From assembly GCA_031363785.1 (NCBI GenBank), contig JANLVB010000328.1, positions 1 through 61,433 of the forward strand: a DNA stretch of 61,433 nucleotides, given 5' to 3'. Under the pieces are notes generated by a model, which saw only the letters and a list, made by a program, of their open reading frames with translations, was not told the origin of the DNA and searched no databases. Origin of the DNA: Betaproteobacteria bacterium (GTDB lineage: Bacteria; Pseudomonadota; Gammaproteobacteria; Burkholderiales; Burkholderiaceae_C). Of the stretch, positions 49,739 through 61,408 are shown in pieces; the first letter of the stretch is position 1; every line of letters starts with the position of its first letter. Both the position numbers and the translations under genes were made by a program.

Positions 49739-49790
49739 ACGGAGTACCTTCGTGCTGCGCATCAACGACCGGACTCGCCTGGCGGCGCTC
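49736..49790 (-). repeat. Junction repeat copy 4 (partial)
   Basis: GAGCGCCGCC...TGCGCAGCACGAAGGTACT-CCGT-ATG; 19-nt exact match to copy 2; lies directly before the patatin start. Confidence 0.7.
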
Positions 49791-50056
49791 CGGCGGCGGC
49801 TGCGCTGGTTTTGAGCAGATGCTAGAGTCTATTGCAATCGCCCATGAAAAGATGACTCCCACTCTTGGTCCGAAACGCGGCTTGTGGTTGCTTTTTGCGC
49901 TGGCCGACAGGCTGAATCTGCACCAGCACGCGGATTTCAGCGCGGCGAGCAGCGAACCCTTGCACAGCGTGTGACAAAAGGGGATTGCTTTTGCGCGCCA
50001 AAGGGGGCATAGTGATTTCAACAGGGTGTCGGCGATGGCACCAAACAGGCGTTTCC

Positions 50057-50085
50057 GCCTTGTGTCGAAAGCACAGGGCTTTTTT
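50057..50085 (+). terminator. Terminator-like hairpin in the hpf leader
   Basis: GCCTTGTG-TCGAAAG-CACAGGGC followed by T6, about 30 nt before the hpf ATG. Confidence 0.5.
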
Positions 50086-50114
50086 CAACGGCGAAAAGCA
50101 ACAGGAGGATATTC

Positions 50115-50444
50115 ATGAACTTGACGATCAGCGGTCACCACCTCGAAGTAACCCCGGCCCTGAGAAACTATGTAACGACCAAGCTAGATCGGATAACCCG
50201 CCACTTTGACCAGGTTGTCGACGTCAAGGTGCTGCTCACTGTGGAGAAACAAAAGGAAAAGGAACGACGGCAGCGCGCTGAATGCAATATCCATGTCAAA
50301 GGCAGCGACCTTTTTGCGGAGAGTTCACATGCTGACCTGTACGCCGCAGTTGACGAATTGGTCGACAAGCTTGACCGCCAGGTGGTACGCCACAAGGACC
50401 GCCTGCAAAACCACCACCACGACGCGCCCAAACGCCTGATGTAG
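50115..50444 (+). CDS. hpf: Ribosome hibernation promoting factor (HPF/RaiA)
   Basis: [27 protein letters not shown]; AGGAGG SD. Confidence 0.95.
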   Translation: MNLTISGHHLEVTPALRNYVTTKLDRITRHFDQVVDVKVLLTVEKQKEKERRQRAECNIHVKGSDLFAESSHADLYAAVDELVDKLDRQVVRHKDRLQNHHHDAPKRLM

Positions 50445-50469
50445 CAGCGCCTGCCAGGGCGCACCAGAC

Positions 50470-50502
50470 AAACCGCCCCGCGTCCTGCCGGGCGGTTTTT
50501 TT
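50470..50502 (+). terminator. Intrinsic terminator after hpf
   Basis: AAACCGCCC...GGGCGG followed by T7. Confidence 0.75.
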
Positions 50503-50526
50503 GTGTGCATAATCTGCCACCCCACC

Positions 50527-50994
50527 ATGAATCGTCTAGCGTCCATCCTGCCACCTGCGCAAGTGTTAGTGCACGTAGACGCGACCAGCAAGAAGCGCGC
50601 CTTCGAAGAAGTCGGCCTGCTGTTCGAAAACCTGCATGGCCTGAGTCGGGCCCTGGTCACCGACAGCCTTTTTTCACGCGAGCGCCTGGGCTCGACCGGA
50701 CTCGGCCACGGCGTGGCCATTCCGCACGGGCGCATCAAGGGCTTGCGCGCACCCATGGCTGCGGTTTTCCTGCTCAAGCAGCCGATCGGATTTGATGCGC
50801 CAGACGATATTGCGGTCAGCCTGCTGATATTCTTGCTGGTGCCTGAGGCGGCGACCCAGAAACACCTGGAAATCCTCTCCGAGATTGCCGAATTGTTAAG
50901 TGATGCGGCGCTGCGCAGCAAACTTGCTGCCAGCACGGATGCCGGGCAATTGCATGGCCTGATTGCCCAGTGGCAGTCGGCCCAAGTCGCCTAG
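50527..50994 (+). CDS. ptsN: PTS IIA-Ntr
   Basis: [19 protein letters not shown]. Confidence 0.95.
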   Translation: MNRLASILPPAQVLVHVDATSKKRAFEEVGLLFENLHGLSRALVTDSLFSRERLGSTGLGHGVAIPHGRIKGLRAPMAAVFLLKQPIGFDAPDDIAVSLLIFLLVPEAATQKHLEILSEIAELLSDAALRSKLAASTDAGQLHGLIAQWQSAQVA

Positions 50995-51010
50995 GCCAAA
51001 GAGACCCGTC

Positions 51011-51976
51011 TTGAAACCCACGGTCGTCAGCGCCGACGTCCTGTTCGAGGAGTTCCGCACATCGCTCAAATGGCAGTGGGTGGCTGGCCTGGGCGCGTCC
51101 GAGCGACGTTTTGACGAAGTGGCGGTACGTGCCGCGCGTTCTGGCGCCGACCTGGTCGGTTATCTGAACTACATCCACCCCTACCGGGTGCAGTTGCTGG
51201 GTGAGCGGGAAATCGCCTACCTGACCAATGCCACACCGGAAGACTGTGACCGCCGGATTTCGCGCATCGTCACGTTGGAGCCGCCGGTGCTGATCCTGGC
51301 CGATGGAAAAACCGCCCCGGACGCGCTGCTGTCGATGTGCGAGCGGGCGCAGATTCCGATGTTTGCCACCGAGGCGTCGTCCGCGTTTGTCATCGACGTG
51401 CTGCGCGCCTATCTGTCGAAACACTTTGCCGACCGCATCTCGATGCACGGGGTGTTGATGGACATCCTGGGCCTGGGCGTGTTGATCACGGGCGAGTCGG
51501 GGCTGGGGAAAAGCGAGCTCGGTCTGGAACTGATCTCCCGCGGCAACGGCTTGGTGGCTGACGACGCAGTGGACTTGTACCGCATCAACCAGACTACGAT
51601 ACAGGGCCGCTGCCCGGATCTGCTGCAAAACCTGCTCGAAGTGCGCGGCATCGGCCTGCTCGACATCCGTGCCATCTTTGGCGAGACTGCGGTGCGCCGC
51701 AAGATTCGCCTCAAGCTGATCGTGCACCTGGTGCGCCGTGAAACCCTGGAGAGGGAGCACGAGCGCATACCCTATGAGCCGCTGACGCAGGACATCCTGG
51801 GCATTCCGGTACTCAAGGTGGTGATCCAGGTGGTGGCAGGACGCAATATTGCGGTATTGGTAGAGGCGGCGGTGCGCAACACCATCCTGCAATTGCGTGG
51901 CATCGACACCTACCAGGATTTCGTGGAGCGCCACCGCAAGGCGATGACGCAGGACTCCAGTCCCGGCAAACTCTGA
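51011..51976 (+). CDS. hprK: HPr(Ser) kinase/phosphatase
   Basis: [25 protein letters not shown]; TTG start assumed. Confidence 0.95.
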   Translation: MKPTVVSADVLFEEFRTSLKWQWVAGLGASERRFDEVAVRAARSGADLVGYLNYIHPYRVQLLGEREIAYLTNATPEDCDRRISRIVTLEPPVLILADGKTAPDALLSMCERAQIPMFATEASSAFVIDVLRAYLSKHFADRISMHGVLMDILGLGVLITGESGLGKSELGLELISRGNGLVADDAVDLYRINQTTIQGRCPDLLQNLLEVRGIGLLDIRAIFGETAVRRKIRLKLIVHLVRRETLEREHERIPYEPLTQDILGIPVLKVVIQVVAGRNIAVLVEAAVRNTILQLRGIDTYQDFVERHRKAMTQDSSPGKL

Positions 51977-51984
51977 GACCGACG

Positions 51985-52446
51985 CTAGGCGCTTGTGGGG
52001 TTTTGACTTGCTCGCTGATCGGGCGGGCGGTGCGGGCATTGCACGGTGGTGCAGTTGGCGTACAGGCTCAGAGCATGGTCGGCGATGGTGAACCCCTTGG
52101 TCTTGGCCACCGCATGCTGACGGCGCTCGATCTCGGCGTCGTAGAACTCCTCCACCTTGCCACAGTCCAGGCACACCAGGTGATCATGGTGCTGGCCTTC
52201 ATTGAGCTCATACACCGCCTTGCCGCTTTCAAAATGGCTTCGGCTCAGGATACCGGCCTGCTCGAACTGCGTCAGCACCCGATACACGGTGGCCAATCCG
52301 ACGTCGGAGCGCTCGGTCAACAAGACCCGGAACACATCCTCCGCCGTCATGTGCCGCAACGCACCTTTCTGGAATATGTCCAGTATTTTCAGGCGCGGCA
52401 AGGTCGCCTTGAGGCCGGTGTTCTTGAGTTCGTCGATGTTCGCCAT
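51985..52446 (-). CDS. fur: Ferric uptake regulator
   Basis: [28 protein letters not shown]. Confidence 0.97.
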   Translation of the reverse strand: MANIDELKNTGLKATLPRLKILDIFQKGALRHMTAEDVFRVLLTERSDVGLATVYRVLTQFEQAGILSRSHFESGKAVYELNEGQHHDHLVCLDCGKVEEFYDAEIERRQHAVAKTKGFTIADHALSLYANCTTVQCPHRPPDQRASQNPTSA

Positions 52447-52517
52447 GGCGGGGTTCGTCCTCTGGCAGGCGCCTGCCGAGAGCGGCTCAGCGGCTACAAT
52501 CCATTGATCATATCGCC

Positions 52518-53072
52518 ATGCCCCAGCCAATGCCTTTATCCGTCCCCCGCCTAGTGCATGTCTGGCTCGGTCTGGCTGCGGCTGCGGCGTTGTCAGGCTG
52601 CTCGAGTTTCGACGGTGCCACGACCCGCATTGCCGGCATTATCACGCCCTTCCAGATCGATGTAGTACAGGGAAATTTCGTCTCCAGCGAACAGGTCACG
52701 CTGCTCAAACCGGGCATGCCGCGCACCTCGGTGCGTGACACGCTGGGCACGCCGCTGCTGCAAAGCATGTTCCATACCGACCGCTGGGACTATGTTTTCT
52801 CCTTCAAGCGCAAGGGCGAGGAGCCGCAACTGCGCAAGGTGACGGTGTACTTCAAGGGTGATCTGCTGGAACGATTCGAAGCCGATGCCCTGCCAACCGA
52901 GGCCGAGTTTGTGGCCTCGCTGGCCGGGCGGCCGCAGACCGGTGCGGTCCCAGTGCTCGAAGCCAGCCCGGAAGCACTCAAATCGTTCCCTGCGGCGCCC
53001 AAGGCACCGGAGCCCAAGGCCCTGCCGCCATTGCCCGCCTCCTATCCGCCGCTGGAAGCAGCCGCTCCCTGA
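52518..53072 (+). CDS. bamE: Outer membrane assembly lipoprotein
   Basis: LSGC lipobox, QGN, LGTPL, RWDY; divergent from fur. Confidence 0.93.
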   Translation: MPQPMPLSVPRLVHVWLGLAAAAALSGCSSFDGATTRIAGIITPFQIDVVQGNFVSSEQVTLLKPGMPRTSVRDTLGTPLLQSMFHTDRWDYVFSFKRKGEEPQLRKVTVYFKGDLLERFEADALPTEAEFVASLAGRPQTGAVPVLEASPEALKSFPAAPKAPEPKALPPLPASYPPLEAAAP

Positions 53073-53098
53073 CGGCGGCGTTGGCCGCCACCGGTACC

Positions 53099-53935
53099 AT
53101 GAACGACGGGTCCATGCAAAGAATCTGCGTAGCCGGGGCGTCAGGGCGCATGGGACACATGCTGATTGAGGCTGTCATGGCAGCACCAGACAGTTGCCTG
53201 GCGGGAGCGCTCGACATCGTCGGCTCGCCCGCCCTGGGGAGCGACGCCTGCGCATTCCTGGGCCGCGACAGCGGCATACGAATCACGTCTGATCTGCGCA
53301 GCGGTCTGCTCGGCTGCGACGTGCTGATCGATTTCACGCGCCCTGAGGGAACCCTGGCGCATCTGGCGCTGTGCCGCGAACTCGGTGTCAAGCTGGTGAT
53401 AGGCACGACCGGTTTTTCCGAAGACCAGAAGGCGCAGATTTGCGCAGCCGCAACTGACATCGCTATCATGATGGCGCCCAACATGAGTGTCGGTGTCAAC
53501 GTCACGCTCAAGCTGCTGGAGCTGGCCGCGCAGGCCATGTCTACCGGCTACGACATCGAGATCATCGAGGCGCACCATCGCCACAAGGTCGACGCTCCTT
53601 CGGGCACGGCGCTGAAGATGGGTGAGGTGATTGCGCAGGCCATCGGCCGTGACCTCAAGGACTGTGCGGTGTACACACGCGAAGGCATCACCGGTGAACG
53701 CGACCCGTCATCGATCGGCTTTGCGACCATCCGCGGCGGCGACATCGTGGGTGACCATACGGTGTTGTTCGCCGGCATCGGCGAACGCATCGAAATCTCG
53801 CACAAGTCGTCCAGCCGCCTCACCTATGCCCAGGGCGGTCTGCGCGCGGCGCGTTTTCTCGCCCAGCACCAACACGGGCTGTTTGACATGTTTGACGTGT
53901 TGGGTCTGGCCAAACCCCAGGCCGCCGCCGGATGA
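53099..53935 (+). CDS. dapB: 4-hydroxy-tetrahydrodipicolinate reductase
   Basis: [30 protein letters not shown]. Confidence 0.97.
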   Translation: MNDGSMQRICVAGASGRMGHMLIEAVMAAPDSCLAGALDIVGSPALGSDACAFLGRDSGIRITSDLRSGLLGCDVLIDFTRPEGTLAHLALCRELGVKLVIGTTGFSEDQKAQICAAATDIAIMMAPNMSVGVNVTLKLLELAAQAMSTGYDIEIIEAHHRHKVDAPSGTALKMGEVIAQAIGRDLKDCAVYTREGITGERDPSSIGFATIRGGDIVGDHTVLFAGIGERIEISHKSSSRLTYAQGGLRAARFLAQHQHGLFDMFDVLGLAKPQAAAG

Positions 53936-54597
53936 GCATTTTCCAGCTGCTGGCCCAGGGGGACAGCGTCAGCCGGATGGTGGCCGCCATGCTGTTGCTG
54001 ATGTCGGTCAGCAGCTGGGTCGTCATCTTCTGGAAAAGCTGGTTGCTGCACCGCGCCAGCGCCGATGTGCAACGCAGCACCGCGGCCTTCTGGCAGTCGG
54101 CCAACCTGGCCGATGGGCAACGCCGGGCGCAGGCCTTTGATCGCGAAACTCTGGTTACGCCCCTGATAACAGCGACCCAGGTCGATGGCAGCGGCACGCT
54201 GGCAGCGGCAGGGGACCGGTCGCAGCAATTGACGCGTGTGTTGCGCCAGGCCTTGCACCAGGTGCTGCACAAGCTGCAATATGGCCAGGTGTTGCTGGCG
54301 ACCGTCGGCGCCACTGCCCCCTTTGTGGGCCTGTTGGGAACCGTCTGGGGCATCTACCACGCGCTGATCGGCATTTCCAGTGCCGGGCAAATCACCATCG
54401 ACAAGATTTCCGGCCCCGTCGGTGAAGCGTTGATCATGACTGCGGCCGGGCTGGCCGTCGCCATTCCGGCGGTGCTGGCGTACAACGTGCTGGGGCGCTC
54501 CATCGGCCGCATCGAGGCCGATCTGGAGGGGTTTGCGCGCGACCTGCGTGAACTGCTGATCCACCACGCGATCAACCCGACGCCGGAGCGGGCCTAG
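53932..54597 (+). CDS. exbB: MotA/TolQ/ExbB proton channel protein
   Basis: [29 protein letters not shown]. Confidence 0.88.
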   Translation: MSIFQLLAQGDSVSRMVAAMLLLMSVSSWVVIFWKSWLLHRASADVQRSTAAFWQSANLADGQRRAQAFDRETLVTPLITATQVDGSGTLAAAGDRSQQLTRVLRQALHQVLHKLQYGQVLLATVGATAPFVGLLGTVWGIYHALIGISSAGQITIDKISGPVGEALIMTAAGLAVAIPAVLAYNVLGRSIGRIEADLEGFARDLRELLIHHAINPTPERA

Positions 54598-54600
54598 GCG

Positions 54601-55026
54601 ATGGCATTTGGACGCCTCGAGCGCCACGCCAGCGCGGCACCGATGAGCGAGATCAACATGACGCCGCTGATCGACGTCATGCTTGTACTGGTGGTGATCT
54701 TCATCATCACCGCGCCGCTGCTGGCGAGCTCGATCCGGCTCGACCTGCCCAAGACCGACGCTGCGACCCCGACCGAGGCGCCCAAATTCATATTGCTGGT
54801 GATGGACCGCAGCGGGCAGGTGTTCCTGGACGACAAACCCGTCGCCCTGCCCGAGCTGGCACAGCGGCTGACCCGAATCGCATTGCAAAACCCGGACACC
54901 GAAGTCCAGTTGCGCGCCGATGCCGCGTTGGCCTATGGCCGCCTGGTGGAAGTGATGGGTGTGGCGCAAAAGGCCGGATTGAACCGGCTCGGTTTTGTGG
55001 CCGAGCCGCGCCCGGCTACGCCCTGA
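54601..55026 (+). CDS. exbD: ExbD/TolR protein
   Basis: EINMTPLIDVMLVL. Confidence 0.9.
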   Translation: MAFGRLERHASAAPMSEINMTPLIDVMLVLVVIFIITAPLLASSIRLDLPKTDAATPTEAPKFILLVMDRSGQVFLDDKPVALPELAQRLTRIALQNPDTEVQLRADAALAYGRLVEVMGVAQKAGLNRLGFVAEPRPATP

Positions 55027-55125
55027 CCAAAACTGCGCTGCCCACCAGTCAGGCAACGCCGCGCCCGGCAGGTGTGAGCCCCTAGAATCGAGCCAGGTCG
55101 GCACCTGTGCCGCCCTGATCACGCC

Positions 55126-57759
55126 ATGCAAGAAAAGTACCACCACCACGCAGTAGAAACATCGGCCCGGCAACACTGGGACGCACACGACGCCTACCGG
55201 GTCACCGAAGACGTCGGCAAGAAGAAGTACTACGCCTGCTCCATGCTGCCCTACCCCAGCGGCAAGCTGCACATGGGCCACGTGCGCAACTACACCATCA
55301 ACGACATGCTCACGCGTTACCTGCGCATGAAGGGTTACAACGTGTTGATGCCGATGGGCTGGGACGCGTTCGGGCTGCCGGCGGAAAACGCTGCGCTGAA
55401 GAATGGCGTGCCGCCGGCCCAGTGGACTTTCGACAACATCGCCACCATGAAACAGCAGATGCAGGCACTGGGCCTGGCCATCGACTGGAGCCGCGAGATC
55501 ACCACCTGTACACCGGAGTACTACAAGTGGAACCAGTGGTTGTTCCTGAAAATGCTGGACAAGGGCATCGCCTACCGCAAGACCCAGGTCGTCAACTGGG
55601 ACCCGGTGGACCAGACCGTGCTGGCCAACGAACAGGTGATCGACGGCAAGGGCTGGCGCACCGGCGCGCCGGTGGAAAAGCGCGAGATCCCCGGTTATTA
55701 CCTGAAAATCACCGACTACGCCGGTGAGTTGCTCGACAGCGTGGACAGCGGCCTGCCCGGCTGGCCGGAGCGCGTCAAGCTGATGCAGCAGAACTGGATT
55801 GGCAAGTCGGAAGGTGTCCGTTTTGCCTTCCCGCACGACATCCACGACGCCCATGGTGCTCTGATCGGTGACGGGCGAATGTTTGTGTTCACAACCCGCG
55901 CCGACACCATCATGGGGGTGACGTTCTGCGCCGTGGCGCCAGAACACCCGCTGGCCAGCCATGCAGCGGCTTCGAACCCGGCGCTGGCGGCCTTCATCGA
56001 GGAATGTCAGCGCGGCGGCAGCACGGAGGCGGAGCTGGCAGTTCGGGAGAAGGCGGGTATGCGCACCGGCCTGTTCGTGACACATCCGCTGAACGGCCAC
56101 AAGATCGAATTGTGGGTTGGCAACTACGTCTTGATGGGTTACGGGGACGGCGCCGTGATGGGTGTGCCCGGACACGACGAGCGCGATTTCATTTTTGCGC
56201 GCAAATACGGCATTCCCATCATTGACGTGGTGCTGATCGACGGCCTGACCTACGACTACGAACAATGGCAGGATTGGTACGGTGACAAGACCCGCGGCGT
56301 CACCATCAACTCGGACAGCTTCAGCGGCCTGACCTACCAGGAGGCGGTGGATGCGGTATGCCATGCCCTGCAGGTGCGCGGCCTGGGCGAGAAAAAAACC
56401 ACCTGGCGCCTGCGTGACTGGGGCGTCAGCCGCCAGCGTTATTGGGGTACACCGATCCCCATCATTCACTGCGCGCAGCATGGGGCGGTGCCGGTGCCGG
56501 AACAGGACTTGCCGGTCGTGCTTCCGCTGGACTGCGTGCCCGATGGCTCGGGCAACCCACTCAATGACCATGTTGCGTTCCATGCCGGCGTCGTGTGTCC
56601 GGTCTGCGGGGCAGCGGCGCGCCGCGAAACCGACACCATGGACACCTTCGTCGACTCGGCCTGGTACTACATGCGTTACTGCGATCCGCACAATGCGCAG
56701 GCCATGGTTGGTGCCGGCAGCACCTACTGGATGCCGATGGACCAGTACATCGGCGGTATCGAGCACGCGATTCTGCACCTGCTCTACGCACGGTTCTGGA
56801 CCAAGGTCATGCGTGACCTCGGCCTGGTTGCCATCGACGAACCCTTCACCCGGCTGCTGACCCAGGGCATGGTGCTCAACCACATCTATTCGCGCAAGAC
56901 CGACGGCGGTGCGGTGGAGTACTTCTGGCCGCACGAGGTCGATGATGTGTTTGACGAAACCGGCAAGGTGGTAGGGGCCAAGCGCAAGAGCGACGGCAGC
57001 CTGGTGCGCTACGAAGGTGTTGGCACCATGAGCAAGAGCAAGAACAACGGTGTCGACCCGCACGACCTGATCGAAAAATACGGCGCCGACACAGCGCGCC
57101 TGTACACCATGTTCACGGCGCCACCGGAGGCCACCCTGGAGTGGAACGATGCGGCGGTGGAAGGCTCCTACCGCTTCTTGCGCCGGCTCTGGAGCTTTGC
57201 GGCCAGCCAGCCCGCCGACGGCACGGCGCCGGCCGGCAACTGGGCCGGCATCGGCCGCGCTGCGGCAGCGCTGCGGCGCGAGATCCATTCGGTGTTCAAG
57301 CAGGTGGACTACGACTACCAGCGCATGCAATACAACACCGTGGTGTCTGGCGCCATGAAAATGCTCAATTCGCTGGAGGACTTTCGCGCCACTGCCGCCG
57401 CCGCCGACCATGCCGCCGTGCGCGAAGGCCTGGGCATGTTGCTGCGCTGCCTGTACCCGGTGACACCGCATGTGGCGCATGCCATCTGGTCGAAGCTGGG
57501 TTTCGAGCGGCACGGCGGCAGCCTGCTCGACGCCCCGTGGCCTGAAGTCGACCCCAAGGCGCTGGAGCAGGACGAGATCGAACTGATGCTGCAGATCAAC
57601 GGCCGCCTGCGTGGCGCGTTCCACGTGTCCTCAGACGCCAGCCGCGAAGAGATCGAAGAGGCGTCCTTGACCTGCCCGGCATTCATCAGCCTGTCGCACG
57701 GCGCCATACCAAAGAAGATCATTGTGGTGCCCGGGCGCCTGGTGAATGTGGTGTTGTGA
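55126..57759 (+). CDS. leuS: Leucine--tRNA ligase
   Basis: [36 protein letters not shown]. Confidence 0.98.
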   Translation: MQEKYHHHAVETSARQHWDAHDAYRVTEDVGKKKYYACSMLPYPSGKLHMGHVRNYTINDMLTRYLRMKGYNVLMPMGWDAFGLPAENAALKNGVPPAQWTFDNIATMKQQMQALGLAIDWSREITTCTPEYYKWNQWLFLKMLDKGIAYRKTQVVNWDPVDQTVLANEQVIDGKGWRTGAPVEKREIPGYYLKITDYAGELLDSVDSGLPGWPERVKLMQQNWIGKSEGVRFAFPHDIHDAHGALIGDGRMFVFTTRADTIMGVTFCAVAPEHPLASHAAASNPALAAFIEECQRGGSTEAELAVREKAGMRTGLFVTHPLNGHKIELWVGNYVLMGYGDGAVMGVPGHDERDFIFARKYGIPIIDVVLIDGLTYDYEQWQDWYGDKTRGVTINSDSFSGLTYQEAVDAVCHALQVRGLGEKKTTWRLRDWGVSRQRYWGTPIPIIHCAQHGAVPVPEQDLPVVLPLDCVPDGSGNPLNDHVAFHAGVVCPVCGAAARRETDTMDTFVDSAWYYMRYCDPHNAQAMVGAGSTYWMPMDQYIGGIEHAILHLLYARFWTKVMRDLGLVAIDEPFTRLLTQGMVLNHIYSRKTDGGAVEYFWPHEVDDVFDETGKVVGAKRKSDGSLVRYEGVGTMSKSKNNGVDPHDLIEKYGADTARLYTMFTAPPEATLEWNDAAVEGSYRFLRRLWSFAASQPADGTAPAGNWAGIGRAAAALRREIHSVFKQVDYDYQRMQYNTVVSGAMKMLNSLEDFRATAAAADHAAVREGLGMLLRCLYPVTPHVAHAIWSKLGFERHGGSLLDAPWPEVDPKALEQDEIELMLQINGRLRGAFHVSSDASREEIEEASLTCPAFISLSHGAIPKKIIVVPGRLVNVVL

Positions 57760-58259
57760 TGCTGCACCGGCGCAGCCTGCTGGCCGCTGGGGCCGCCGCC
57801 ACGCTGGCGGGTTGCGGCTTTCAGCTGCGTGGCGCACCCGAGCTGGCTTTTTCGTCGCTGTATGTGTCGGTAGCGGAGTCCTCGACCCTGGGCAATGAAC
57901 TCAAGCGCAATCTGGGGTCGCTGGGATCGGTGCAGCTCATCACCGATCCGGCACAGCAGGCCACGGCACAGGTAATTCTCGACATCCTGCTCGACCAGCG
58001 CGAAAAGACCGTGGTGGGCGTGAATGCCTCCGGGCAGGTGCGCGAGTTCCAGTTGCGGGTGCGGCTGCGCTATCGCCTGCGTACCCCGCAGGGCCGCGAG
58101 TTGATCCCGAGCACCGAACTGCTGCTGCAGCGCGACATCAGCTTCAACGAATCTGCCGTGCTGGCCAAGGAGGCCGAAGAAGGCCTGATGTACCGTGACA
58201 TGCAAAGCGACATCGTGCAGCAGCTGATACGCCGGCTGGCCGCAGTACGCAACCTGTAG
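57759..58259 (+). CDS. lptE: LPS assembly lipoprotein
   Basis: LAGCGFQLRG lipobox; leuS-lptE-holA synteny. Confidence 0.93.
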   Translation: MLHRRSLLAAGAAATLAGCGFQLRGAPELAFSSLYVSVAESSTLGNELKRNLGSLGSVQLITDPAQQATAQVILDILLDQREKTVVGVNASGQVREFQLRVRLRYRLRTPQGRELIPSTELLLQRDISFNESAVLAKEAEEGLMYRDMQSDIVQQLIRRLAAVRNL

Positions 58260-58321
58260 CGGGCGGCGCAGCCGCGCAAAGGCCTCCAACAACCCCGTTG
58301 CGGCGCGCTAAACTGGAGCGC

Positions 58322-59389
58322 ATGCAGATCAGCGCCAGCCAGCTCCAGAACCACCTGCAACGCGGCCTGGCCAGCCTCTACACCCTGCATGGCGACGAGC
58401 CATTGCTGCTGCAGGAAACTGCCGATGCCATTCGCAACCAGGCACGGCGTGACGGCTTTTCCGAACGCACCAGCCATACCGTCGCCGGAGCCCATTTCGA
58501 CTGGAGCGAGGTACTTGCTGCGGGTGGCTCGCTCAGCCTGTTTTCTGACAAACAGATCGTCGAAATCCGCATACCCTCCGGCAAACCCGGCAAGGAGGGC
58601 AGCGTCGCATTGCAGCAACTGGCACACCAGTCGCAGGGAAACCAGGACACCTTGACCATCATTACTTTGCCGCGGCTGGACAAGGCGACGCGCTCTGGCG
58701 CCTGGTTTGCCGCGCTGGAGAGTGCCGGGGTGGGCATCGTGGTGGAGCCGGTGGAGCGCGCCGTTTTGCCGCAGTGGCTGGCGCAGCGCCTGGCACAACA
58801 AAACCAGCGCGTGCAGGCCGGTCTGGCGGGTCAGCACACGCTGCAGTTCTTCGCCGACCGGGTGGAGGGCAACCTGCTTGCGGCGCACCAGGAGATCCAG
58901 AAGCTGGCGCTCCTGTACCCGCCGGGTGAGCTGAGCTTCGAACAGGTGGAAAGCGCGGTGCTCAACGTGGCGCGTTACGACGTTTTCAAGCTCTCGGAAG
59001 CCGTCTTGAGTGGCCAGGTGGCGCGGGTGCAGCGCATGCTCGACGGCCTGCGCGCCGAGGGCGAGGCCGAGGTGCTGGTGCATTACACGCTGAGCGAGGA
59101 CATCCGCGCGCTCAAGCGTGTGAAGGACGCCATGGCGCAGGGGCGGCCGCTGCCCATGGCGCTGCGGGAGCAGCGCATCTGGGGCGTCAAGGAGCGGCTG
59201 TTTGAGCGGGTGTTGCCGCGGTTGAGCGGCGCAGCCCTTGCAGAGTTGCTGCAATCAGCGCACCAGGTGGACGGGATCGTGAAAGGGCTCAAGCTGCCGG
59301 ACTGGCCGACCAATGGGTGGCAGGCGTTGCATCGGCTGGTGATGCAGATGTGTCGGCTATGTGGGGAGCAGGGCGCGCGGGTTAGGTGA
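58322..59389 (+). CDS. holA: DNA polymerase III delta subunit
   Basis: LHGDEPLL, SLSLF, VEGNLLAAHQEIQKL. Confidence 0.95.
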   Translation: MQISASQLQNHLQRGLASLYTLHGDEPLLLQETADAIRNQARRDGFSERTSHTVAGAHFDWSEVLAAGGSLSLFSDKQIVEIRIPSGKPGKEGSVALQQLAHQSQGNQDTLTIITLPRLDKATRSGAWFAALESAGVGIVVEPVERAVLPQWLAQRLAQQNQRVQAGLAGQHTLQFFADRVEGNLLAAHQEIQKLALLYPPGELSFEQVESAVLNVARYDVFKLSEAVLSGQVARVQRMLDGLRAEGEAEVLVHYTLSEDIRALKRVKDAMAQGRPLPMALREQRIWGVKERLFERVLPRLSGAALAELLQSAHQVDGIVKGLKLPDWPTNGWQALHRLVMQMCRLCGEQGARVR

Positions 59390-59456
59390 TTGCGGACGGG
59401 CGCGCGCGGCGTCGGCAGGTTGTGCTGTCGTGCCACTCGCGGTGGCATTTGATCAA

Positions 59457-59538
59457 TACGTGTCGTCATTTCAATGAAATGAGTACACATATTGTTGACG
59501 TGTCGCTGGTAACGACATAAGCTGGTAACCTGTCGACA
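59457..59538. promoter_or_regulatory. Operator-like array of TGTCG/CGACA half-sites and palindromes upstream of fic
   Basis: TCATTTCA-A-TGAAATGA (59466-59482), TGTCG-N7-CGACA (59501-59517), TGTCGACA (59531-59538), ACGTGTCG x2, GCTGGTAAC x2. Confidence 0.55.
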
Positions 59539-59556
59539 AAACGCACTTTTTGCACC

Positions 59557-60678
59557 ATGACCGACGCCGCCCCCGCCTGGCACCCCGAGCGGCCCTACAA
59601 CCAGTTGCCCGCGCTGCCCCCGGCGCACGAGCTGGAAAGCCGCGCCGTGCTCAAGGCCTGTATCGAGGCCCGCGCAGCGCTGGCCGAACTCAAGCAGGCG
59701 GCCGAGCTCATCCCCAACCAGGCGATGCTGATCAACACCCTCCCGCTGCTGGAAGCCAAGGACAGCTCGGAGATCGAGAACATCGTCACCACGACCGACC
59801 GGCTGTTTCAGCACGCACAGGGCCACCATGACAACGCCGACCCCGCCACCAAAGAGGCGCTGCGCTACCGCACCGCGCTGCACCAAGGTTTTCAGTCGCT
59901 CCAAACCCGGCCACTGTGCACCGGCACGGCCGTGGACATCTGCCGCACCCTCAAGGGCGTGGACATGGACATCCGCCGCACCCCGGGCACCCAGCTCGCC
60001 AACGACCGCACCGGCGAACTGGTCTACACCCCACCGGAAGGTGAAGCCCGCCTGCGCGACATGCTCGCCAACTGGGAGCGCTTCCTGCACAACCAGACCG
60101 AGCTGGACCCCTTGGTCCGCATGGCTGTCGGCCACTACCAGTTTGAAGCCATCCACCCCTTCACCGACGGCAACGGGCGTACCGGCCGGGTGCTCAACAT
60201 CCTCTACCTCATTCAGGAAGGGCTGCTGGGTCAGCCCATCCTCTACCTGAGCCGTCATGTGATGGCACACAAGGCGGACTACTACCGACTCTTGCTTGGC
60301 GTCACGCAAGACGACGCCTGGGAGCGCTGGCTGCTGTTCATGCTGCAGGCCGTGGCCGAGACCTCCCGATGGACGACGGCCAAGATCGCCGCCATCCGCG
60401 CGCTGGCCGAGCACACCACCGAACACGTGCGCGCACGCCTGCCCAAGATCTACACCCGCGAACTGGTGGACGTGATCTTCGAGCAGCCCTATTGCCGCAT
60501 CGGCAACCTGGTGGACAAGGGGATTGCACAGCGGCAGGCGGCATCGCGGTATCTGCACGAGCTGAGTGCGCTGGGGGTGCTGCGGGAGATGCCGGTTGGC
60601 AAGGAGAAGCTGTTCATCCACCCGAAGCTGATGCAGATGCTTGGCCAGGATGGCAACTGGTTTCGGCGGTATGACTGA
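59557..60678 (+). CDS. fic: Fic family protein adenylyltransferase (class II, N-terminal inhibitory helix, C-terminal HTH-like region)
   Basis: [12 protein letters not shown] catalytic motif; SSEIEN inhibitory motif. Confidence 0.93.
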   Translation: MTDAAPAWHPERPYNQLPALPPAHELESRAVLKACIEARAALAELKQAAELIPNQAMLINTLPLLEAKDSSEIENIVTTTDRLFQHAQGHHDNADPATKEALRYRTALHQGFQSLQTRPLCTGTAVDICRTLKGVDMDIRRTPGTQLANDRTGELVYTPPEGEARLRDMLANWERFLHNQTELDPLVRMAVGHYQFEAIHPFTDGNGRTGRVLNILYLIQEGLLGQPILYLSRHVMAHKADYYRLLLGVTQDDAWERWLLFMLQAVAETSRWTTAKIAAIRALAEHTTEHVRARLPKIYTRELVDVIFEQPYCRIGNLVDKGIAQRQAASRYLHELSALGVLREMPVGKEKLFIHPKLMQMLGQDGNWFRRYD

Positions 60679-60755
60679 ACGCAGCGCGGTGCATGCCAGG
60701 CGGCTCCGATCATGTGCCGCAACCGGATCCGATCAGCCTGAAGGGGCCAGTTGCC

Positions 60756-61154
60756 TCAAGGGCAGATCAAGGGGACTGTCGGAAAATAGCGGCGGTATCG
60801 CGTCGGGTCCCGCGTCAGCAAGGCCCAGCCCTCCGCTTCGGCGTGGGCGCCAATGAAGAAGTCCGGCAACACGCCAGTTTTGGTTCCTTTGGTTTTGCGG
60901 TAGCGCATGAATGCGCGGCTGGCCAGAAACGCGGCCTGGGTCGTCAACGGGCTGACCGCAATACCGGTGGGTTTCAAGAACGACATCAACGCGTCCGCAG
61001 AGTCGTACGCAACAGCGATTTCAGCGACGACCATGTGATTGATGGTCAGTTTGTCCTGCGCCCTGGCCAATCGCAGTTGCGCGAGCGACCACTCGCACCA
61101 CACCGGATCTTCGGAAATGACGTCGATCAGGACGTTGCTGTCGACAAGAACCAT
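60756..61154 (-). CDS. vapC: PIN-domain toxin (VapC family)
   Basis: VLVDSNVLID, AEI, LPDFFIGAHA, LLTRD..RYRRYFP. Confidence 0.92.
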   Translation of the reverse strand: MVLVDSNVLIDVISEDPVWCEWSLAQLRLARAQDKLTINHMVVAEIAVAYDSADALMSFLKPTGIAVSPLTTQAAFLASRAFMRYRKTKGTKTGVLPDFFIGAHAEAEGWALLTRDPTRYRRYFPTVPLICP

Positions 61155-61159
61155 GGGTG

Positions 61160-61408
61160 CTACTTGTTCCAATCGTCGCCACGGGTGGCACGCATGATCT
61201 TTTCGGTGCTGGTGCCGCGTTTGCCGCTGCCCTTCAGGCGCTCGAACGGGTCTTCGGCGTTCGGTTTGCGAGGTTCGGCCGGCGCTATCGCAACCCGGCC
61301 ATCTGGCATGGGTTCAAATGTGATCCGTTCGCCCGGGCCAATGCCCAAAAAGCGCCGGATCTCCTTGGGCACCGTTACCTGGCTTTTTACCGTGAGGGTC
61401 GGGTTCAT
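61160..61408 (-). CDS. AbrB/MazE-type antitoxin
   Basis: TLTVKSQVTVPKEIRRFLGIGPGERITF. Confidence 0.9.
   Translation of the reverse strand: MNPTLTVKSQVTVPKEIRRFLGIGPGERITFEPMPDGRVAIAPAEPRKPNAEDPFERLKGSGKRGTSTEKIMRATRGDDWNK

Noticed and set aside
49990-50060. tRNA or sigma-54 promoter upstream of hpf
   Set aside because: No cloverleaf or T-loop GTTC; TGGCAC at 50036 lacks the correctly spaced TTGC.
57025-57042. LeuS TMSKS instead of KMSKS
   Set aside because: A variant I recall as common in Burkholderiales LeuS; not unusual.
53824-57624. 1266-aa minus-strand ORF
   Set aside because: Antisense shadow of exbB/exbD/leuS, expected from GC-rich codon bias; no recognisable motifs.
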